64,000 bases of DNA from Paludibacteraceae bacterium (GTDB taxonomy: Bacteria > Bacteroidota > Bacteroidia > Bacteroidales > Paludibacteraceae), in NCBI GenBank assembly GCA_031553005.1, contig JAVBMA010000008.1, positions 78 through 64,077 of the forward strand, written 5' to 3'. Position numbers and translations under genes: made by a program. This document shows positions 17,637 through 26,812 of this stretch, piece after piece. Under the pieces are notes generated by a model. The model worked only from the letters and a program-made list of their open reading frames with translations, was not told the origin of the DNA and did not search any database. The stretch's first letter is position 1. Each line of letters begins with the position of its first letter.

Positions 17637-18842
17637 ATGACAACACCGAAAAAAGACAAATTATTTACTCCCGGTTATTTTTATGCCTGCAGCGCCAATT
17701 TTTTGCTGTTTTTCTGTTTCTACCTTCTAATGCCGATTTTAGCCTTATATCTTATCGACACTTTCCAGACATCTAAAAGCACGATTGGCACTATTCTGTC
17801 ATGCTACACCATAGCCGCCTTAATCATACGTCCGTTTTCCGGATTCCTTTTAGACTCATTTGCACGCAAACCGCTCTATTTGATTTCGTTGTTCATTTTT
17901 GTCATAATATTTGCCGGATATCCTTTAGCAACAAGCATAACCATGTTTGCAATCTTTCGCGTACTGCATGGATTTGCTTTCGGCACAGTTACTATTGCCG
18001 GAAATACAATCGTGATTGATATTATGCCTTCTTCACGAAGAGGCGAAGGACTCGGATATTACGGTTTATCAAATAATATAGCAATGGCTATCGGCCCTAT
18101 GACAGGTATGTACTTGTATGACCATTACAGTTACAATGTCATCTTCTACACGGCATTTGCAATTGGAATTATTTCCTTTATAATAGGTAGCCGTATTAAA
18201 ACCACTCCGAAAGTGCTGACTCCACCCGAAGCCATTTCGCTGGACCGCTTTATACTTTTAAAAGGAATACCCGCCGGAATTAATCTTTTTCTTATCGCCA
18301 TTCCTTACGGGATAGCAACAACTTATATTGCTTTATATGCAAAAGAGTTGAATATCACCGGAAAGATAGGTTTCTTTTATTGCGCTTTGGCGGTTGGGAT
18401 TGCACTTTCCAGGCTATTTTCAGGAAAACAGGTTGACCGGGGGAAGTTAACTCAAGTCATTGCTTCGGGAATATCTATTGCCACCGTTTCATTTTTATTA
18501 TTGGCAGCCTTAAAATATCTGCCGTCCGATTATTCCGCGCTATCTCAAAATATGTTCTATTTTGTAGCCCTTCTGATAGGGTTAGGTTATGGTTCGGTAT
18601 TCCCTGCCATGAATTCCCTTTTTATAGCCCTTGCTCCAAACAATAAGAGAGGAACGGCAAATTCCACTTATCTTATTTCGTGGGATATCGGAATTGGCGC
18701 AGGATTATTGCTCGGAGGAATTCTCAGTGAATTAGCCGATTTCTCAGTTGCCTTCTTTATGGGTGCCGCACTAAGCTGTATCTCTGTACTGTTTTTTATT
18801 TATTTCACAGGAGAACACTTCAAAAGAAACAAAGTCAGCTAA
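17637..18842 (+). CDS. MFS transporter
   Basis: 401 aa, about 12 TM segments, and an MFS loop motif (DSFARKP). Confidence 0.8.
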   Translation: MTTPKKDKLFTPGYFYACSANFLLFFCFYLLMPILALYLIDTFQTSKSTIGTILSCYTIAALIIRPFSGFLLDSFARKPLYLISLFIFVIIFAGYPLATSITMFAIFRVLHGFAFGTVTIAGNTIVIDIMPSSRRGEGLGYYGLSNNIAMAIGPMTGMYLYDHYSYNVIFYTAFAIGIISFIIGSRIKTTPKVLTPPEAISLDRFILLKGIPAGINLFLIAIPYGIATTYIALYAKELNITGKIGFFYCALAVGIALSRLFSGKQVDRGKLTQVIASGISIATVSFLLLAALKYLPSDYSALSQNMFYFVALLIGLGYGSVFPAMNSLFIALAPNNKRGTANSTYLISWDIGIGAGLLLGGILSELADFSVAFFMGAALSCISVLFFIYFTGEHFKRNKVS

Positions 18843-18915
18843 AATCCGGTTGAATATGAAGCGAATCATCCGAAAATAATTTAAATTTGGTAGCATATAA
18901 ATTTTATACCCAATA

Positions 18916-19890
18916 TTGAAAACCGTGCATTCTTTCTCATCCATCATCCTTGATTCAAAGTTTACAACCGGCTTTGACCTGATAACGATATTAGGCCCGA
19001 CGGCAAGCGGAAAAACCGGAATTGCCGCTCAATTGGCGTACGACATCGACTCCGAAATTATCAGTGGCGATTCAAGGCAAATATATCGAAAAATGGATAT
19101 CGGGACAGGAAAGGACCTTGAAGAATATACGGTAAAAGATAAAGCAATACCCTATCATTTAATTGATATTGCAGAGCCCGGTTATAAATATAACGTGTTC
19201 GAATATCAACAGGACTTTTTCCAAGCATACCAATCCATAAAAGAAAAAAACAAACTCCCGGTACTGTGCGGAGGAACCGGACTATATATTGAGTCGGTCC
19301 TGAAAGGGTATAAACTGCTTCCGGTACCTGAGAATAAAGAATTACGGGATTCTCTGTCAGGAAAAACATTACAGGAACTCACCGATATATTGAAAAGCTA
19401 TAAAACATTGCACAATACAACCGATGTTGATACTCCCAAAAGAGCTATCCGTGCAATCGAAATAGAAGAATTCTATCAAAACAATGAAATAAATAACCGG
19501 GACTTTGAAAAAATAAACAGCCTGATAATCGGCGTCCATATAGACCGCGAAGAACGGCGAAAAAAAATAACCCAACGCCTAAAAACCCGCCTGAAAGAAG
19601 GAATGGTTGACGAAGCAAAAGCAATACTTGATTCGGGTGTTTCTCCCGATGATTTAATCTACTACGGATTGGAGTATAAATACCTGACAAATTATATACT
19701 TGGAAACCTGACTTATGAGCAGATGTTTTCGGAATTGGAAATCGCCATTCATCAGTTTGCCAAACGCCAGATGACTTGGTTCCGAGGAATGGAAAGAAAA
19801 GGATTTCAGATCCATTGGATAGATGCCGCTCTATCAAACACAGAAAAAATAGAGAAAATATTGTCATTAGTACAAGCATCTTCGAAGTAA
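18916..19890 (+). CDS. miaA: tRNA dimethylallyltransferase
   Basis: P-loop GPTASGKT, DSRQIYR motif and QRQMTWFR-like C-terminal motif. The start codon is uncertain (the ORF track start is TTG). Confidence 0.9.
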   Translation: MKTVHSFSSIILDSKFTTGFDLITILGPTASGKTGIAAQLAYDIDSEIISGDSRQIYRKMDIGTGKDLEEYTVKDKAIPYHLIDIAEPGYKYNVFEYQQDFFQAYQSIKEKNKLPVLCGGTGLYIESVLKGYKLLPVPENKELRDSLSGKTLQELTDILKSYKTLHNTTDVDTPKRAIRAIEIEEFYQNNEINNRDFEKINSLIIGVHIDREERRKKITQRLKTRLKEGMVDEAKAILDSGVSPDDLIYYGLEYKYLTNYILGNLTYEQMFSELEIAIHQFAKRQMTWFRGMERKGFQIHWIDAALSNTEKIEKILSLVQASSK

Positions 19891-20003
19891 AATATTTATC
19901 CACAGAATTTTCTCTTAAAAATGATAAATCCAATCCGAAGGAGTGAATTATTTAAAACGTTCATTATAAATTAACAAAATTTTTAATATAAAAATCTTGT
20001 TAT

Positions 20004-20125
20004 CAATGCCGGAGGCATTGCATATTTATAGAAAAAGATGAAAACCCAGCCTGTATGACTCCATTCGGAGTCGAATATATAAAATCTTAAACAATTGACT
20101 ATAAATATATAAATCCTTCGGATTT
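20004..20125. repeat. N-type composite of short hairpins
   Basis: CAATGCC-GGA-GGCATTG, GACTCC-ATTC-GGAGTC and AAATCC-TTC-GGATTT, with flanking ATATTTATAG / CTATAAATAT inverted segments. Confidence 0.6.
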
Positions 20126-20201
20126 AATTTATCCAAAAATCAATAACTTACACATTATACTATATTAAACTCTCTTTAAAATATACTTTCAAGCATATAT
20201 C

Positions 20202-20234
20202 ATTGGGAGGGCGACTTGAAGTCGCCCTCCCAAT
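20202..20234. repeat. H-family hairpin
   Basis: ATTGGGAGGGCGAC TTGAA GTCGCCCTCCCAAT: perfect 14-bp stem. Confidence 0.85.
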
Positions 20235-20411
20235 TAGCAGATTTATATTGACAGGCGGATAAGCGCGTGGAAAGAAATTCAAACAACCTCTAAACCTCAA
20301 AAAACTTTCTATGCCAAATTCGGAATAAGCAAAATTCCTGATTTTTCAATATTTTATTACACCGAAACAAAAAAAGCCCTTAAAATTAGGGGCAAACACA
20401 CAAAATAATAC

Positions 20412-20419
20412 TACTTTTG
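20412..20419 (+). promoter_or_regulatory. -7 promoter box (TACTTTTG) for the glutamine synthetase gene
   Basis: Exact TAnnTTTG about 60 nt upstream of ATG 20480. A small hairpin (TACCCC..GGGGTA) lies in the leader. Confidence 0.45.
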
Positions 20420-20479
20420 CAAAGTTACCCCCATTTTTTTAGGGGTACATATAAGAAACAAGTAATAAACAATCGATTT

Positions 20480-22669
20480 ATGGCTACTTTACGATTTGAA
20501 GCTCTCCGGGAACTTGCACAAAGAAAACCAATGGAAGTAAATCCTCCGTCCGAAAAACTTTCCGATTATTTCGGAGTAAATGTTTTTTGTAGGGAAAAAA
20601 TGCAGGAATATTTGTCAAAAGACACATTCAAAGCATTTGTTGCAGCAGTAGAACAAGGTGTTTTATTCGACCGGAATATTGCAGATCAGATTGCCATGGG
20701 AATGCAAAAATGGGCTAAGGAACGTGGTGCTACACATTATACGCATTGGTTTCAACCATTGACAGATGGAACTGCAGAAAAGCATGATGGATTTATTGAT
20801 TTCGGAGACGACGGAAAAATAATCGAGCGTTTTTCGGGCAAACTGCTGATTCAGCAGGAACCGGACGCTTCTTCTTTTCCAAGCGGAGGTATCCGTAATA
20901 CATTCGAAGCAAGGGGATATACCGCCTGGGATCTCTCCTCTCCCGCTTTCGTTGTTGGTTCTACTCTCTGTATTCCTACTATTTTTATTTCATATACCGG
21001 CGAAGCGTTGGATTATAAAACACCCTTGCTGAAAGCGATAAATGCGGTAGACAAGGCGGCAGTAGAAATTTGCCAGTTCTTTGATAAAAATATAACCAAG
21101 GTAAATACCAATTTGGGTTGGGAACAAGAATACTTCTTAATTGACAGTGCCTTATATAATGCCCGTCCCGATTTATCATTGACCGGACGAACACTGATGG
21201 GACACGCTTCGGCCAAAGACCAACAGTTGGAAGACCATTATTTCGGTTCCATTCCCGAACGGGTCACCGCTTACATGCGCGACTTGGAGATTGAAGCCCA
21301 TAAACTAGGCATTCCGCTGAAAACAAGGCACAATGAAGTAGCTCCGAATCAGTTCGAGTTTGCCCCTATTTTCGAAGAAGCCAATCTGGCGAACGACCAC
21401 AACCAGCTGTTCATGGATCTGATGAAACGTATTGCCAGAAAGCATCATTTTCAGGTACTTCTGCACGAAAAGCCATTTGCAGGAGTAAACGGATCGGGCA
21501 AGCATAACAACTGGTCATTATGTACGGATACCGGAATCAACCTCCTTTCTCCGGCAAAAAATCCGAAAGGAAATATGCTCTTCCTTACATTCCTTGTAAA
21601 CGTTATGACTGCTGTTTATAGAAATCAGGATTTATTGAGGGCATCCATTATGAGTGCTGGAAATACGTACCGTCTGGGTGCCAATGAAGCGCCTCCGGCT
21701 ATCCTTTCCGTTTTTCTGGGGCAAAATCTTTCCGGCATGCTCGATAATTTAGTAGCGCGTGTAGGCGACAATAAGATGACACCGGAAGAAAAAACAGCGC
21801 TAAAACTGGGAATTGCCCGCATTCCGGAAATTATGTTGGATAATACAGACCGTAACCGGACTTCGCCTTTTGCTTTTACCGGAAATCGTTTTGAATTCCG
21901 CGCCGTAGGTTCGTCGGCAAACTGCGCCGCCTCTATTATAGCCCTGAATGCGGCGGTTTCTCATCAATTGAACCTTTTCAAAAAAGAAGTTGACAGTTTG
22001 ATGGAAAAAGGAGTTGGAAAAGACGAGGCTATATTTCAAACATTGAAACGCCTGATTATAGAATCCAAACCGGTTCGTTTTGAAGGTGACGGATATTCAG
22101 AAGATTGGAAAAACGAAGCCGTTAAACGTGGCCTCACAAACATTACAAATGCACCGGAGGCTATCGGAAAATATTTGGAAGAACCTGCTCGCCGCGTATT
22201 AATTGGAGAAAAAATATTTAATGAAACGGAACTACACAGCCGGGTGGAAGTTGAATATGAGAAATTTTCAAAGAAAGTACAAATTGAATCCCGCGTATTG
22301 GGAGATCTGGCTATCAATCATATCGTACCGACGGCTGTTACTTATCAAAACCGTTTGATTAAGAATCTGTGCGGATTGCAGCAGTTGTTTTCTCAGGAAG
22401 AGTTTGAGATGCTCTCTTCTGACCGCAAAGAATTAATAAGGGAGATTGCAAACCATATTACCACCATCAAGCTACTGGTAAAAGATATGACGGCAAACCG
22501 CAAAGAGGCAAACACCTCTTCTTGCGAAGAAGAAAAGGCAAAACTCTATGACCAGAAAGTAAAACCGGTGATGGAAGCTATTCGTAGCCATATAGATCAA
22601 CTGGAACTGGTAGTAGACAATGAAATCTGGCCCTTGCCGAAATACAGGGAATTACTCTTTTCAAAATAA
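20480..22669 (+). CDS. glnN: Glutamine synthetase type III
   Basis: 729 aa from ATG 20480 (MATLRFEALRELAQRK...). Size and motifs (NEVAPNQFE, NGSGKHNNWS) are typical of GSIII. The TTG start in the track at 20417 overlaps the promoter box. Confidence 0.9.
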   Translation: MATLRFEALRELAQRKPMEVNPPSEKLSDYFGVNVFCREKMQEYLSKDTFKAFVAAVEQGVLFDRNIADQIAMGMQKWAKERGATHYTHWFQPLTDGTAEKHDGFIDFGDDGKIIERFSGKLLIQQEPDASSFPSGGIRNTFEARGYTAWDLSSPAFVVGSTLCIPTIFISYTGEALDYKTPLLKAINAVDKAAVEICQFFDKNITKVNTNLGWEQEYFLIDSALYNARPDLSLTGRTLMGHASAKDQQLEDHYFGSIPERVTAYMRDLEIEAHKLGIPLKTRHNEVAPNQFEFAPIFEEANLANDHNQLFMDLMKRIARKHHFQVLLHEKPFAGVNGSGKHNNWSLCTDTGINLLSPAKNPKGNMLFLTFLVNVMTAVYRNQDLLRASIMSAGNTYRLGANEAPPAILSVFLGQNLSGMLDNLVARVGDNKMTPEEKTALKLGIARIPEIMLDNTDRNRTSPFAFTGNRFEFRAVGSSANCAASIIALNAAVSHQLNLFKKEVDSLMEKGVGKDEAIFQTLKRLIIESKPVRFEGDGYSEDWKNEAVKRGLTNITNAPEAIGKYLEEPARRVLIGEKIFNETELHSRVEVEYEKFSKKVQIESRVLGDLAINHIVPTAVTYQNRLIKNLCGLQQLFSQEEFEMLSSDRKELIREIANHITTIKLLVKDMTANRKEANTSSCEEEKAKLYDQKVKPVMEAIRSHIDQLELVVDNEIWPLPKYRELLFSK

Positions 22670-22682
22670 AAAACAGACAAAT

Positions 22683-22768
22683 AAACCGATAGCCGGATAA
22701 GCGAATAGATATTTACAAATTTTCCAATATTGGGGAATGTATCTATACGTTTATCCGGCTACCGGTTT
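22683..22768 (+). terminator. Long imperfect hairpin after the GSIII gene
   Basis: AAACCGATAGCCGGATAAGCGAATAGAT ... ATCTATACGTTTATCCGGCTACCGGTTT, about 25/28 paired. Confidence 0.5.
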
Positions 22769-22866
22769 ACTCGTTTTGTAACTTTGTAACTCATAAACTA
22801 CCTATTTGTCAACAATATTTATTAGATTTGTAGTCAGATCAATTTAGTACTACAACATAAGGTTTT

Positions 22867-23571
22867 ATGGCTGCTAAGAAGGAAGAGGAAGATTATAAGA
22901 GCATTGACGAAATTTCGGATATATGGAAAATGCTGACTCCCGAACAAACGGAATATCTAAAAAACAATTATCAGGTTCAAAAATATAAAAAGAACGAAAT
23001 AATTTATTGTGAAGGAGAAACTCCCACTCATGTGTTGTGTCTGGTAAAAGGGAAAGTCAAAATATTCAAAACCGGAGTTGGCGGACGCAGCCAGATCGTG
23101 CGCATGGTAAAGCCTTATGAAACATTTGCCTACCGGGCAATGTTTGCCGAAGAAGATTTTGTAACAGGCGCTTGTGCTTTCGAACCGACAGTCATATATG
23201 CCATTCCTAAAATTGTTATGAAAAGCCTTATCTCACAAAACAGCCAACTGGCTTGGTATTTTATTAATGCTCTATCTGTTGACTTGGGAATAGCCGATGC
23301 CCGCGCTGTTAGCCTGACACAAAAACACATTCGCGGCCGATTGGCAGAGTCTTTACTTTTCCTGAAAGAAAACTACGGATTGGAAGAAGACGGAGCTACA
23401 TTGAGCATATATCTCTCCAGAGAAGATCTGGCAAATCTCTCCAACATGACTACCTCAAATGCGATACGTACATTATCTAACTTTGTATCCGAAAAAATTA
23501 TCACAATGGATGGGCGGAAAATTAAAATTATTGACGAAGAACACTTGAAGAGAATCAGTAAAATAGGATGA
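22867..23571 (+). CDS. Crp/Fnr family transcriptional regulator
   Basis: 234 aa with a cNMP-binding-like N-domain and a C-terminal HTH (REDLANLSNMTTSNAIRTLS). Confidence 0.85.
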   Translation: MAAKKEEEDYKSIDEISDIWKMLTPEQTEYLKNNYQVQKYKKNEIIYCEGETPTHVLCLVKGKVKIFKTGVGGRSQIVRMVKPYETFAYRAMFAEEDFVTGACAFEPTVIYAIPKIVMKSLISQNSQLAWYFINALSVDLGIADARAVSLTQKHIRGRLAESLLFLKENYGLEEDGATLSIYLSREDLANLSNMTTSNAIRTLSNFVSEKIITMDGRKIKIIDEEHLKRISKIG

Positions 23572-23627
23572 TTGGCGAATTGAGGAACTGATAAATCGGC
23601 GAACTGATAAATTGACTAATTGAATTT
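23569..23627 (+). repeat. Stop-rich short-period array starting with the regulator's TGA
   Basis: TGATTGGCGAATTGAGGAACTGATAAATCGGCGAACTGATAAATTGACTAATTGAATTT. Confidence 0.7.
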
Positions 23628-23749
23628 AAGAAAACGAAAAAAATACCTTTTATATCTATCTGTAATAAATTGACATGTGTCGAGAAGAAGGCAAAACGGG
23701 CAGAGTCATTAGAGTAGAAAAAGTTATAATAATCTAAATTTATAAAGCA

Positions 23750-24913
23750 ATGAAGAAAATTTTATTTATTTCGACATTTTTTTGTCTTATAGCAAATGTG
23801 CAGATTTATGGACAAAGAGTCGAAACTATACATTTAACCGAAGCCGGTACACTTTCTAAGATTGTAACCAATCCCGTAGAAGTAACTCATCTAACCCTAA
23901 CTGGCACAATTGATGCCCGTGACATTTATTTTCTTGATGCATTATTTTACCTCGAAAGTTTAGATTTGAGTGATGCAAATATAGTGGAATTTGAAGGTAT
24001 CTCAAAACCGTCAAACCCTTATGATCAAAGTCGATTTTATCCGGCCAACCAATTACCCACATTTGCTTTTTCGTTATCCCGTTTATCTTCTCTGATTTTC
24101 CCAAAAACTTTAACAAGTATTGATTTTTATGGTATTAATCAAGATATGATGCCTTTGCCAATCCTTGTTATTCCTGAAGGTGTAACAACAATAGGAGATC
24201 GTTTTGCGTCATATCAACCTTTACTTAAAGCACTTACTTTACCAAGTACTTTAATGACTCTTGGAGACAGAAGCTTTATTAGTAGTGAAAATCTTTCCGT
24301 GATAATCAATTTCAATCCTACTCCGATAAATATTGATAATAGTGTTTTTGAAAGAGTGAATAAAAATGCCTGCATACTCTACGTCCCAATAAAAAGTAAA
24401 AGTGATTATGAGGTTGCAAATGTATGGAAAGAGTTTAATATCATCGAACTTCCCGAAATTGCAAAAGACGACATTACCATAACTCCATCAGACACCACAG
24501 CGTTAATAGAATGGAAATCCTACGAAAATGCAGAAGGCTACAAATTAATAATTTACGGAAATGAAACACATACTGATACTATTCTGATATTGGAGTTTGA
24601 CACAAAGGGTAAGTTACTTCGTTCGGAAAATACAACACTTTTCCATACAATAAAGAACTTGTCGACTAGTACCGATTATCATTATACATTTGAAATACTT
24701 GGTGTTAGCAATGTTGTATTGGCAAATCAATCGGGCGAATTTTCTACCACAGGCGAACCGACAAACATTATAAGAACAGTGAGTGCATCAAACAAAATCG
24801 AAGGTTATTACAGCATTTGGGGAACAAAACTACTTGAAGAACCAAAAAGTGGAATGTACATCATTTTGTATAGTAACGGACAGACAGAAAAAAGAATAAA
24901 AATAAATTATTAA
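23750..24913 (+). CDS. BspA-type leucine-rich-repeat surface protein with an Fn3-like domain and a T9SS-type C-terminal domain
   Basis: 387 aa with a signal peptide, LRR units (IPEGVTTIGDRF..., LPSTLMTLGDRSF), ITITPSDTTALIEWKSYENAEGYKLIIY, and C-terminal YYSIWGTKLLEEPKSGMYIILYSNGQTEKRIKINY. Confidence 0.7.
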   Translation: MKKILFISTFFCLIANVQIYGQRVETIHLTEAGTLSKIVTNPVEVTHLTLTGTIDARDIYFLDALFYLESLDLSDANIVEFEGISKPSNPYDQSRFYPANQLPTFAFSLSRLSSLIFPKTLTSIDFYGINQDMMPLPILVIPEGVTTIGDRFASYQPLLKALTLPSTLMTLGDRSFISSENLSVIINFNPTPINIDNSVFERVNKNACILYVPIKSKSDYEVANVWKEFNIIELPEIAKDDITITPSDTTALIEWKSYENAEGYKLIIYGNETHTDTILILEFDTKGKLLRSENTTLFHTIKNLSTSTDYHYTFEILGVSNVVLANQSGEFSTTGEPTNIIRTVSASNKIEGYYSIWGTKLLEEPKSGMYIILYSNGQTEKRIKINY

Positions 24914-24952
24914 TCTGCCAACCTTGACGGAAAGCAATAAAATATTTTTAAA

Positions 24953-25804
24953 ATGAAAAAAATAATTTTTCTTTTAGCAATATGCTTAATTAGCTCAATG
25001 AGTTTTGCCGAAATAATAGAAAGCGGTAATTTGAATGAAAATATTACATGGACGTTGGATAGTGATAGCACGTTAATGATTAACGGAGAAGGAGACATAT
25101 CAAGTTATCCTCCTTGGTGTAGTTATAGTATTACAAACAAAATAAAACAAATAATAGTATCAGAAGGCATTACTTCTGTCAGCAGTTTAACGTGTGGAAA
25201 TTACAATAATGTTTCATCAGTACAATTACCAAATTCATTAAAAACTATTGGTTATTGTGCTATTGGAGCGTGTAATGTAAAATCAGTCACAATTCCAGAA
25301 AATGTTACTACTATAGAAGGATTGGGATTTTATAAAATAGGTCTTGACACATTATATTACAATGCTATAAATTGTGTAGTCGAAGACCTTGATTTAGGTC
25401 TTAAAATTGTATTTATCGGAAAAAAAGTCACTCGTATTCCCGAATTTTTATTTGGCAAATGGAACGGATTAGAGCAATTAACAGTTTTATCGAATAATCC
25501 TTCTAATATAATTGTGGAAGAGAACGTTTTTAAATATGTGGATAATAACATACCTATTTATGTACCTAAGTGTGCAATAGAAGCGTATCAAACATCTGAG
25601 GGTTGGAATAAGTTTACAAATTTTATAGGTATAGAATCAGAGCTTTGCGAAGAAAGAACTAATATTGCGGAAACAAAGTGTATGTCAGACGAGATTGTTG
25701 GGTATTATAGTCTTATGGGTACAAAACTATCCGAAGAGCCAGAAAATGGCTTATACATCATTTTATATAGTAACGGACAGATAGAAAAAAGAATAAAAAA
25801 ATAA
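24953..25804 (+). CDS. BspA-type LRR protein with a T9SS-type C-terminal domain
   Basis: 283 aa with LRR units (LPNSLKTIGYCAIGACN, IPENVTTIEGLGF). The C-terminus is homologous to that of the preceding gene. Confidence 0.7.
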   Translation: MKKIIFLLAICLISSMSFAEIIESGNLNENITWTLDSDSTLMINGEGDISSYPPWCSYSITNKIKQIIVSEGITSVSSLTCGNYNNVSSVQLPNSLKTIGYCAIGACNVKSVTIPENVTTIEGLGFYKIGLDTLYYNAINCVVEDLDLGLKIVFIGKKVTRIPEFLFGKWNGLEQLTVLSNNPSNIIVEENVFKYVDNNIPIYVPKCAIEAYQTSEGWNKFTNFIGIESELCEERTNIAETKCMSDEIVGYYSLMGTKLSEEPENGLYIILYSNGQIEKRIKK

Positions 25805-25851
25805 ACTATTAATCTGCCAACCTTAACGGAAAGCTATAAAATATCTTTAAA

Positions 25852-26698
25852 ATGAAAAAAATAATTTTTCTTTTAGCAATATGCTTAATTAGCTCAATGA
25901 GTTTTGCCGAAATAATAGAAAGCGGCAATTTGAATGAAAATATTGCATGGACGTTGGATAGTGAAGGGACATTAATGATTAATGGAGAAGGAGAAATGCC
26001 GGACTATACTTCTGAGAATAATCCTCCTTGGTTTCAATATCGTGAGAAAATAACAAGTATAAAGATAAAAGGAGTATCAACTATTGGAGATTATGCTTTT
26101 AATAACTGTTATCTTACCACTTATGTCGAAATACCAAATTCAGTAATACAGTTCATTTCAAAGTTTACGCATAACAACTCTAACTCTTCCCCCCAATTTA
26201 ATAAGTATTGGACGTACCGCTTTTAATGCTTGTTTTTCACTAATAACCATTGAGATTCCCGCAAGCGTAACAACTATTGAAGACTTTGCTTTTGCACACT
26301 GTTTGGCAAAGAAAAAAATAATTATTAATTGGGAAACACCATTAGTTATCAATGGCCCAATTTTTGATATGATTTCGGGATGCGAACTCCTTGTTCCGGC
26401 AGGCACAAAAGAACTTTACGAAAAAGCCGTTGTTTGGAAAGATTTCCAAATAATAGAACAAATTGCCACTTCTCAGATTGACTCAAAAGAAAAATCGCCC
26501 ATTAATATATATACCGTTAACAACACAATATTCATAGAGAATGTAAAAAGTGAAAATATTACAATATACAACGCGCGAGGACAACTGATTACAAGTATAA
26601 GAAATACAAACAGAATAATGCAAATAAATGTACCACAAGCAGGCGTTTACCTTGTTTGGATAGACGAAAAGGTTTGGAAAATAGCAGTTACGAATTAA
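25852..26698 (+). pseudogene. Disrupted third BspA-type LRR / T9SS cargo gene (frameshifted)
   Basis: ORF 25852..26226 shares its first about 45 codons with 24953... The LRR-consistent reading continues in the +1 frame from 26147 (..SSFQSLRITTLTLPPNLISIGRTAFNAC..) to 26698, ending in a canonical T9SS CTD (ITIYNARGQLI...GVYLVWI). Confidence 0.6.
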
Positions 26699-26812
26699 CA
26701 GTAAAGAAGACAGACAAATAAACAGCCGATAACATACTATTTTTTGCATGAATAGAGGTGGAAACTGACAACAAATAAAAAATAAAATCAACAACAAAGA
26801 TAGACTAAAAAC

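Noticed and set aside
26189-26194. C6 homopolymer as a slipped-strand phase-variation switch restoring the third LRR gene.
   Set aside because: Losing one C would fuse the two frames. However, the LRR-consistent reading in the +1 frame already begins at 26147, upstream of the tract. The real lesion therefore lies near 26140-26150, where there is no homopolymer.
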